Origin: Rhodoglobus sp.
GTDB taxonomy: Bacteria > Actinomycetota > Actinomycetes > Actinomycetales > Microbacteriaceae
Assembly: GCA_025464445.1 (NCBI GenBank)
Contig: JAODLY010000013.1
Coordinates: forward strand, 26,188-90,187
DNA: 64,000 nt
Direction: 5' to 3'
Made by a program: the position numbers and the translations under genes. The first letter of the stretch is position 1; each line of letters starts with the position of its first letter. Shown here in pieces: positions 56,996 to 64,000 of the stretch. A model generated the notes under the pieces. That model had not been told where the DNA came from. It saw only the letters and a program-made list of their open reading frames with translations, and searched no databases.

Positions 56996-57652
56996 GTGAA
57001 CGCGCTCTTCGTCATCCCGCTGTGGGCTGACCTCCTCGCGGTGGGCATCGGCGCCGCGCAGGGCGCCCTGTTCGCCGCCCAGTTCCGCGATCGTCGGCTC
57101 GACCTGCTCGGCGTCGCGATCATCGGCATCGCGACCGGCTTCGGGGGCGGCATCCTGCGCGATGTCCTGCTCTCGGAGGTGCCGGCAGCGCTCACGAGCA
57201 ACTGGTACCTGATCGTCGCGACGGCTGCAGCGCTGCTCGGGATGCTGCTGGAACGCCTCATCTCCAGGCTCGGACCTCTCGTGACTGTGCTCGACGCGCT
57301 CACGATCGGGCTGTTCGCCGCCATCGGCACGACCAAGGCCCTCGCCGCCGGGCTACCCGTCGTGCCCGCGATCTTCGTTGGGGTGCTCTCCGCGGTGGGC
57401 GGCTCGATCCTGCGCGACCTGCTGTTGAACCGCCCGATCGCGCTCATGCACGTCGGCTCGCTCTACGCCATTGCGGCTTTCGCGGGCACGATCTCGCTCG
57501 TCGCGCTGCTCTCGATCGGCCTGCCGGTGTTTCTCGCCGCTGCCATCTGTGTCGCGCTCACCTTCGGCGTGCGGGTGCTCGCCGTGCTGTTCAACTGGAC
57601 GCTGCCCGAGCAGAAAGCGATCGAGAAACTGCCGCGCATCCGGAGGCGGTAG
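56996..57652 (+). CDS. TRIC-type (UPF0126/YadS) trimeric cation channel family membrane protein
   Basis: There are two internal repeats with glycine-rich motifs: GIATGFGGGILRDVLL and GVLSAVGGSILRDLLL. Confidence 0.8.
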   Translation: MNALFVIPLWADLLAVGIGAAQGALFAAQFRDRRLDLLGVAIIGIATGFGGGILRDVLLSEVPAALTSNWYLIVATAAALLGMLLERLISRLGPLVTVLDALTIGLFAAIGTTKALAAGLPVVPAIFVGVLSAVGGSILRDLLLNRPIALMHVGSLYAIAAFAGTISLVALLSIGLPVFLAAAICVALTFGVRVLAVLFNWTLPEQKAIEKLPRIRRR

Positions 57653-57681
57653 CCGGAGGATCACCGGCACAGTCGGCGGCG

Positions 57682-60048
57682 CTAGCCGATCAGCTCTCGC
57701 GGCTCCGCACGAGCGAATTCCGCGGCATTCACCGTCACGGGCACGCTGAGCTCCAGCTTGAGCTCCAGCTCGGCGCCCGCACAACGCACCACATGTCGCC
57801 CGGTCCCGGCGGCGGTCACCGCCGTAAACGTCGCGTCGACGAGGCGTGCGGCGGCGGCATCCCGCTTCCAACTCAGCGAGACCTCGATACCGGGCCGGGC
57901 GACGAGGCCGCGCACGCTTCCGCTCGCAAACTCGGGCGGCACGGCTGGCAGCAGTTCGATATGCCCGGCGTGGCTCTGCATGAGACATTCGGCGACGGCC
58001 GTGACGAAGCCGAAGTTTCCGTCGATCGAGAACGGCGGATGCGCCGCCATGAGATTCGGGTAGAGACCGCCGACCCATGGGCCGCGGTCGACGGCCATGT
58101 CGCGGAAGAACAGCCTCATCAGGTCGCTGACCTTGCCGGGTTGCCCGAGCCGCGCCCTCATGATGAGTTTCCAGGCGAGCGACCAGCCGGTGGACTCGTC
58201 ACCGCGCAGGTCAAGTGTGCGGGAGGCCGCCGCGTGCAGCTTCTCATCGATCGGCCAATCCAACGGGTGCAGAAAATACAGCTGCGACAGGTGGCGATGC
58301 TGCGGGTCAGGGAAGTCCAGGTCTTCGAGCCACTCCTGCACCGCGCCGCTCGCGCTGATCCTCAAGCCCGGGAGGCGACGGCGAGCGGATGCCGCGGCTC
58401 GCGCCACGGCGTCACCTTCGAGCCCCAGCCTGCTCGCCATCGCGCCGACGATCTCGAACAGGTCGGCAATGGCGAGGAGGTCGTTGGTGGACGACACCGC
58501 GGACGACCCGATCACGCCGTCGGGCGTGACGAACTGGTTCTCCGGCGAGGTCGAAGGCACCGTACTGAGAGTGCCGTCGGACATCTCGACGAGCCAGGAC
58601 AGGTAGAACTCTGCCGCGCCCCGGATCGGCGCCCACGCCCGGTCGCGCACGAACCCGTCGTCGGCCCCGTGCAGGATGCGCTCCCACAGGTGTCGCACCA
58701 GCCACGCCCCCGCGAGAGGCCAGAACGACCATTTCGGGTCATGCTCGCCGAGTCCGACGGGTTGGGAGTATGCCCAGACATCCGTGTTGTGGTGGGCGAC
58801 CCAGCCGGGGGCATCGTAAAGCTGACGAGCGGTGGCCGCGCCCGTTACGGCAAGGCCGTCGATGAGATCGAACAGTGGCGGGAGGCACTCGGCGAGGTTG
58901 CCCACCTCCGCCATCCAGTAATTCATCTCGAGGTTGATGTTTGTCGTGTAGTTGGAGCTCCAGGCCGGCTGCAGCGAGTCGTTCCAGATCCCCTGCAGGT
59001 TGGCGGGCACCCCGCCCTCTCGCGATGAGCAGATCAGCAGGTACCTGCCGTAGTGGAAGAGGAGCGCTGCGAGCGCTGGGTCGGTGTCGAGGGGGTGAGG
59101 CTGTGAGGTGATTCGGTGATCCGTGGGACGGTCTGGCGATGCTCCCGTGTCGAGTTCCACGCGCGAGTACAGGCGCGCGTGGTCGACGATATGCCTGGCG
59201 TAGATCGCCGAGGCGCCCAGTTCGGCGGCCAGGGCGACGCGATCGGCAGCGCGCGCTGCCGCATCGGCCGCGTTGCCGACCGGGGTTTGCCCGATGCCGG
59301 AGAAGGTCGTCTCGGTCGCCAGATAAACGCGCACAGTGCGAGCCTCGCGCTGTACGTGCACTACGACGGCACCTTCCATCGCATCACCGGGCTCGTCGGA
59401 GTAGCGCACCGGGTGCTCGTGGATGTCGTGGCTGGGCGCCACGTCTGATGGCATGCGCAGAAGCAACGCCGCCCCCTCGTCGGTGAGCCGCTCTTCGACC
59501 ACCCGCAGGGGGCTGGACACCTCCACCGCGACGTCGATGCCGCTCGGGTCTGCCGATTCGATCTCCACTACGAGCACGCCGCTCGCGTGGCTCGTGAACG
59601 AGCGCACCACGAGGGCGTGGCCGTCGAGGTCAAATCCGGTCGTGTGGGTCGCGGTTGCGAGGTCGAGGCTGCGCCGGTAGCGGGCAATCTCCGGCTCACC
59701 AACCACGCCGCGTGGCGTCACCGTGATGGCGAGGTCGGCGAAGGGCAGATAGGTCTGGCTGTAGCGGTGCTGGATGCGCCGCAGCGCTTCGTCCGCCGCA
59801 GGGTAGTCACCGGCAGCAATGGCCGTGCGCGCCATCGCGAGCGCTTCGGCGGCCACCGCCGGCTCGATCTGCGGTGCCGCCAACTCGCTGCGCGGGCTCC
59901 CCGACCAGGCGCGACCGTCATTGAGCTGGAACCGCTCGGTGCGCGTGCCGCCGAACACCATGGCCCCGAGGATGCCGTTGCCCAGGGGAAGCGCCTCGGT
60001 CCAGGCCTCAGCGGGTCGATCGAACCACAGTTCGTGCTCGCTCGTCAC
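57682..60048 (-). CDS. glycoside hydrolase family 95 (alpha-L-fucosidase type)
   Basis: The N-terminus WFDRPAEAWTEALPLGNGILGAMVFGG is characteristic of GH95. The protein is 788 aa and is linked to a sugar ABC importer. Confidence 0.85.
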   Translation of the reverse strand: MTSEHELWFDRPAEAWTEALPLGNGILGAMVFGGTRTERFQLNDGRAWSGSPRSELAAPQIEPAVAAEALAMARTAIAAGDYPAADEALRRIQHRYSQTYLPFADLAITVTPRGVVGEPEIARYRRSLDLATATHTTGFDLDGHALVVRSFTSHASGVLVVEIESADPSGIDVAVEVSSPLRVVEERLTDEGAALLLRMPSDVAPSHDIHEHPVRYSDEPGDAMEGAVVVHVQREARTVRVYLATETTFSGIGQTPVGNAADAAARAADRVALAAELGASAIYARHIVDHARLYSRVELDTGASPDRPTDHRITSQPHPLDTDPALAALLFHYGRYLLICSSREGGVPANLQGIWNDSLQPAWSSNYTTNINLEMNYWMAEVGNLAECLPPLFDLIDGLAVTGAATARQLYDAPGWVAHHNTDVWAYSQPVGLGEHDPKWSFWPLAGAWLVRHLWERILHGADDGFVRDRAWAPIRGAAEFYLSWLVEMSDGTLSTVPSTSPENQFVTPDGVIGSSAVSSTNDLLAIADLFEIVGAMASRLGLEGDAVARAAASARRRLPGLRISASGAVQEWLEDLDFPDPQHRHLSQLYFLHPLDWPIDEKLHAAASRTLDLRGDESTGWSLAWKLIMRARLGQPGKVSDLMRLFFRDMAVDRGPWVGGLYPNLMAAHPPFSIDGNFGFVTAVAECLMQSHAGHIELLPAVPPEFASGSVRGLVARPGIEVSLSWKRDAAAARLVDATFTAVTAAGTGRHVVRCAGAELELKLELSVPVTVNAAEFARAEPRELIG

Positions 60049-60914
60049 TCCTTGGTGCTTCCGCTGGTAAGCCCGTTGACGATGAAACGCAGACCGAAGA
60101 TCACGAACAACACTGCAGGGACCGCCAGCAGCACGAGGCTCGCGTTGTAGCGGCCGTACTGTTCAGGGGACTGTCCGATCACGTTGGAATAGAGCTTCAC
60201 TGCCTGCGCGGCCGTGGCGAGATCGGGGTTGGTGAACAGCATCGATGGCCACAGGAAGTCCTGGAGCGACCAGATGAAGCACAGCACTGTCAGGTTGGCG
60301 AGCGCGGGTCGAGCCAGCGGAAGGAAGATGTTCCAGAAGATGCGGAAATGGCTCGCGCCATCCAACTGGGCCGCTTCCATCAGGGAGTCTGGGATGTTGC
60401 GCCCGTAGTTGCGCATGAGCAGCACCCCGAACGGAATCGTCAGGGCGGCCTCGGGTAGAGCGACTCCGAGATAGTTGTTGAACAGGTGGAGCTGCTGGGT
60501 GATGTGGTAAACGGGAATGAGGATGGCGGTACCCGGCACCGCGAGGAAAAGCAGCACCCCGGAGAAGGTCAGCTCCCTCCCGCGAAACTGAAGCTTGGAG
60601 AGGGCATAGCCCGCCGTCGTCGAGACGCTGACAACCAGTGCTGCGTGTCCAACCCCGATGAAGAGGCTGTTCACATAGGTCGAGAGGATCGGAACGTTGC
60701 CGATCGGATCGGTGAACAGCGTGATGTAGTTGTTGATCCCGCCGACCTCGAAGGAGCGCCTGATGAGCGCGTAGAGGGGGAACGCGAAGATCAGGCCCAT
60801 AACGATGAGCAGGCCGTAGATCACCAGGCGGTCAGCGCCGCGCGTTACCACCATCGACATCGGGTTGGCAGTGAGGATGTTCGGGCGTTTCTGCTGCTTC
60901 GCCGTCGCGGTCAT
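60045..60914 (-). CDS. carbohydrate ABC transporter permease (MalG-type)
   Basis: The 289-aa ORF has 6 TM segments and the EAA loop MEAAQLDGASHFRIFWNIFLPLARP. Confidence 0.9.
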   Translation of the reverse strand: MTATAKQQKRPNILTANPMSMVVTRGADRLVIYGLLIVMGLIFAFPLYALIRRSFEVGGINNYITLFTDPIGNVPILSTYVNSLFIGVGHAALVVSVSTTAGYALSKLQFRGRELTFSGVLLFLAVPGTAILIPVYHITQQLHLFNNYLGVALPEAALTIPFGVLLMRNYGRNIPDSLMEAAQLDGASHFRIFWNIFLPLARPALANLTVLCFIWSLQDFLWPSMLFTNPDLATAAQAVKLYSNVIGQSPEQYGRYNASLVLLAVPAVLFVIFGLRFIVNGLTSGSTKE

Positions 60915-61825
60915 CGGGAGCCCTTCCTCGTGCGGGTCGCAAACATCTGCGCGATCGAGATGATGAGCGCAATGACCAGCACAATGAGCGCGGCCGCCGC
61001 CGTGAAGCCGATGGTCTTGCCGCCGGAGTTGATGTAGCCGTACAGGTACGAGCCGACGACCTCAGTGGAGTGACCGGGGCCGCCGCCCGTCGAGAAGTAC
61101 ACCTGCTCGAGCCCCCTGAAGGATCCGAGCAGCAGCGACAGCACGACGGTGATGTGTGTCGGCGTCATCATCGGATAGATGATCGACCGCATGATGCGGA
61201 AGGTTCCGGCGCCGTCCAAGAGGGCGGCCTCGAGCGAGTCGGTAGGCAGCGCAGCGAGGTCGGCCGTGTAGTACATGATCGGCAGGCCGATGAGATAGGC
61301 GAAAAGGGTGGCGACCACCGCGAACGCCGGGCCGGGCTCGTTGAGCCAGGACTGGGCGAGCGCGCCAAGCCCGATCGAGCGCAAAGTCTCGTTGACGATC
61401 CCGAATCGCTCCTGGAACATCCCGCCGAAAACGGTGGCGACGAGGGAAACCGGGATGAGTGCCGGCAGCAGGAACACGAGATAGAACAGTTTGCGTGCGC
61501 GCACTCCCGTGGCGAGAGCGACGGCGATGAAGAAGCCGATGGTGACGGCCACAGCGATGCTTACCATCGCGAAGAGCAGGTTGTTCAGGATCGCGCGGCT
61601 GAACGCGGCGTCGCCGACAAGCATCTGGAAGTTGAGCCAGCCGACGTCGACCGCATTGCGCAGCGAGATGCCGACCTTTGTCATGCTCGTCTCACCGAGG
61701 AAGAAGATGCTGTAAATGAAATACACGGCATAGACGAGGAGCAGCGGCGAGAGGAACACGACGGCCACCCGGAGGTCCGACCTGCTCTTGCGCTTTTTGC
61801 GCGGGGCCGAGCGTTCGGTTTTCAC
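60911..61825 (-). CDS. carbohydrate ABC transporter permease (MalF-type)
   Basis: The EAA loop reads LEAALLDGAGTFRIMRSIIYPMM. The GTG at 61825 is preceded by AGGAGGAGG. The track extension to 62062 overlaps the SBP gene and was trimmed. Confidence 0.88.
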   Translation of the reverse strand: MKTERSAPRKKRKSRSDLRVAVVFLSPLLLVYAVYFIYSIFFLGETSMTKVGISLRNAVDVGWLNFQMLVGDAAFSRAILNNLLFAMVSIAVAVTIGFFIAVALATGVRARKLFYLVFLLPALIPVSLVATVFGGMFQERFGIVNETLRSIGLGALAQSWLNEPGPAFAVVATLFAYLIGLPIMYYTADLAALPTDSLEAALLDGAGTFRIMRSIIYPMMTPTHITVVLSLLLGSFRGLEQVYFSTGGGPGHSTEVVGSYLYGYINSGGKTIGFTAAAALIVLVIALIISIAQMFATRTRKGSR

Positions 61826-61931
61826 GCTGCCTCCTCCTTTTGGCGAATGATTGACGGTGCCAAGCCAGTGGGCCGCTCTCGCTGAGAGCGACCCACTGGT
61901 TCTTGCATTGGTGCGTTGCCGAAAGCAGCGG

Positions 61932-63194
61932 TTAGAAGTTGCCCGCGACCAGCTTCGCCTGGCTGTCGTCGGCCGCCTGCTGCGGCGTGATGTGGCCGAG
62001 CAGCGCTTCCTTCGTGTTCGCGCCGGCAGCGTCAGAGAACGCGCCGAGGTTGTTGCGGTCACCGTGCGGGTTGGAGAGCAGCGAGACGATGGTCGCGTAG
62101 CTCGCCTTCTGCAGGTCGGTGGTCAGCACGCCGTCAGGCAGCTGGTAGCCATCAACTGCGGGGATGCCCTTGAGCACGCTTGCCCAGATGTCAACGCCAT
62201 CGCCGGCCGCCAGGAACTGGATGAACTTCGCCGAAGCGTCCTTCTCAGCCGAGTCCTTGTTGATCGCGAGCGTTACGTCGAGGTACGAGCGGAGCGAGAC
62301 GTTCGCTGCGTCCTCGGCCGGGAACGGGATGACACCGTAGTTGCCGGTCAGGATGCGACCGGTCTCCCACGAGCCGTTGAACAGCACTGCGGCCTTGCCC
62401 TCATCGAATGCTGTCGAAGCTCCGGCGTAGTCGAGGTCGAGCGTTGCCGTGTCGAGTGTGCCGTTGTCATACAGGGCCTTGTAGTCCGTGAGCGCCTTGA
62501 CATAGGAGGGCGTGTTCCACGCACCGCCGTTGTAGCGCACGTTGTTGAAGAAATCCGGGTCGGTCTGGCCGACGATGGTTGTGGTGACCTCATCCTGGAA
62601 CCAGCCATCACCGGGCATCACCGCAGGCAGGATGCCCTTGCCCTGGGCCTTGAGAGCGTCAGAGAGCACCTTGAACTCGGCCCAGGTCTGCGGCGGCTTA
62701 ACGCCGAGTTCCCCAAGGATGTCGGCGTTGTAGATGCCGATTGCAGAACCGGTCAGGTACAGCGGCACGGCAAGCAGCTGCTTGTCGGTGAAGAGACGGC
62801 TGGTCTGTGCGACCGAGGCCGGGGTGAGAGCGCCGAGCACGGCGTCGCCGTTGCTCCAGTCGGCGACGGGGAGCAGGTACCCCTCGACCTCCTGTGCCCA
62901 GGTGGCCGGCTGAACGGAGACCACGTCGATGTCTTCTCCAGCTGAGAGCGCAAGGGCGGTCTTTGCCTTGTAGTCGGCCTGCGGCACCTCGGTGTACTTG
63001 ACGGTGATGTCGGGGTTGGCCTTTTCGAAAGCTGCGATCTCCTGGTCAACGATGTCCTGGCCCGGCGCGCCGTCCCAGCTCCAGTAATTGATCGTCACGG
63101 GACCGTCCGCCGCCGGGGCCCCTGCGCAGCCGGACATCGTGAGGCCGAGACCCACGACCACGGCGCTTGCGGCCAGTTTGCTTGAGAACTTCAT
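61932..63194 (-). CDS. sugar ABC transporter substrate-binding lipoprotein (family 1)
   Basis: The lipoprotein signal is MKFSSKLAASAVVVGLGLTMSGC. A GGAGAG RBS is present, and the 420-aa body is SBP_bac_1-like. Confidence 0.9.
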   Translation of the reverse strand: MKFSSKLAASAVVVGLGLTMSGCAGAPAADGPVTINYWSWDGAPGQDIVDQEIAAFEKANPDITVKYTEVPQADYKAKTALALSAGEDIDVVSVQPATWAQEVEGYLLPVADWSNGDAVLGALTPASVAQTSRLFTDKQLLAVPLYLTGSAIGIYNADILGELGVKPPQTWAEFKVLSDALKAQGKGILPAVMPGDGWFQDEVTTTIVGQTDPDFFNNVRYNGGAWNTPSYVKALTDYKALYDNGTLDTATLDLDYAGASTAFDEGKAAVLFNGSWETGRILTGNYGVIPFPAEDAANVSLRSYLDVTLAINKDSAEKDASAKFIQFLAAGDGVDIWASVLKGIPAVDGYQLPDGVLTTDLQKASYATIVSLLSNPHGDRNNLGAFSDAAGANTKEALLGHITPQQAADDSQAKLVAGNF

Positions 63195-63348
63195 TGTCTC
63201 TCCATCTTTTACGGTGCCGATCGGGCACGCAGTTCACTGTGTTTGATGCGGATCCAGGGATCGGGCCGACCCATGAATGTCACTTCGATCGCCTCGAGGC
63301 TCGATATAAAGAGCTGCTTGAACCGCGCTGTTCGAACGAATTGGTCCG

Positions 63349-63364
63349 ATGTTATCGATAATAT
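63349..63364. promoter_or_regulatory. candidate LacI-family operator ATGTTATCGATAATAT (core TTATCGATAA, perfect 10-bp palindrome)
   Basis: Read directly from the AT-richer divergent intergenic region between the sugar SBP gene and the LacI gene. The central CG fits LacI/GalR-type operators. Confidence 0.4.
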
Positions 63365-63481
63365 CGTAGAGAAATCAACTGGGGACCGAAAGAATGCGAC
63401 TCAACCGTCACCGAATGGCGACGCTGGAGCGCGCACGACGGTGAAGCTGGGCAGAATGGGTTCGATGATCTGGGAGCGACA

Positions 63482-64000
63482 ATGACGACAGAACACCAGG
63501 CGCGCAAGCCCGCCACCATCTACGATGTGGCGGCGCGTGCGGGAGTCTCGCACCAGACGGTGTCGCGATTGCTCCTCGGGCACGACGGCATCCGGCCGGA
63601 GACGCGCGAACGCATCCAGGTGGCGCTCGCCGAACTCGACTATCGCAAGAACGTCATGGCCAGCAACCTGCGCAATGGGCGCACCGGCATGATCTCTCTG
63701 GCCATCCCCAGCCTGAACCAGCCGTACTTCGCCGAACTCGCCCAGCACGTCATCGTCGCCGCACGCTCCATCGGGCTCACGGTGTTCGTGGAGACGACAG
63801 AGGGCGATCCGGACCGCGAGCGCGAGATCGTCTCCGGATCTCGGGCGAGCCTCGTCGACGGCATCCTCTATTCCCCGCTCGCGCTGGGCTCCGGCGATCT
63901 CGAGACCATCGACGCGGGCAGCCCGATCGTGCTGCTCGGTGACCGCATCCTGCACAGCCAGTTCGACCACGTCACCATGCCGAATGCGGGCGGCGCGAGG
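63482..64000 (+). CDS. LacI-family transcriptional regulator (3' end outside the window)
   Basis: Hand translation gives MTTEHQARKPATIYDVAARAGVSHQTVSRLLLGHDGIRPETRERIQVALAELDYRKNVMASNLR (LacI HTH), followed by a periplasmic-binding-fold region. There is no stop before the window end. Confidence 0.88.
   Translation, partial: MTTEHQARKPATIYDVAARAGVSHQTVSRLLLGHDGIRPETRERIQVALAELDYRKNVMASNLRNGRTGMISLAIPSLNQPYFAELAQHVIVAARSIGLTVFVETTEGDPDREREIVSGSRASLVDGILYSPLALGSGDLETIDAGSPIVLLGDRILHSQFDHVTMPNAGGAR

Noticed and set aside
63243-63485. 80-aa ORF in the SBP-LacI intergenic region
   Set aside because: It lies in the AT-richer promoter and operator region, has no GC3 bias or RBS, and overlaps the candidate operator.

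Overview
This window is a high-GC actinobacterial chromosome segment with strong GC3 bias. Gene content and synteny look like a Micrococcales/Microbacteriaceae-type member of Actinomycetota, but that is inference only. I can support about 60 protein genes and 3 tRNAs (Val-TAC, Met-CAT, Asn-GTT). I found no rRNA, CRISPR, recognisable transposase or integrase, or prophage.

Most of the window is core housekeeping:
- An ahpE-like peroxiredoxin, aceE, a PucR-type FasR/MabR-like regulator and fabD-fabH-acpP-fabF (FAS-II).
- The glyoxylate shunt aceB-aceA with a divergent RamB-like regulator.
- def, azlCD and a NarL-type two-component system with a SHOCT protein.
- An 8-gene peptide-type ABC importer operon.
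- dnaG-dgt-dus, glyQS and uppS-recO.
- A GH95 gene with a sugar ABC importer and a LacI regulator.

I did not find a clear multi-gene novel system such as a defence island. The items most worth a second look are:
1. A 1.19-kb insertion at the 3' end of glyQS. It carries one wHTH-DUF559 (Vsr-like nuclease fold) gene and is bounded by a perfect 17-bp direct repeat and inverted termini.
2. A family of about 100-bp palindromic units built on the motif TTTCGGAAATTCAGGACTT. There are three units: two flank the DUF559 gene and one sits in the fabD promoter region.
3. tRNA-Met followed by two degenerate partial tRNA copies, including a 22-bp perfect inverted repeat of its own 3' end.
4. A third ABC nucleotide-binding protein in the peptide importer operon that is degenerate in its catalytic motifs.
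5. NarL-style 7-2-7 sites flanking the two-component operon.

The six-frame track contains many long antisense or out-of-frame ORFs. These are high-GC artefacts and were rejected. Several gene starts were trimmed by hand, and the reasoning is given per feature.
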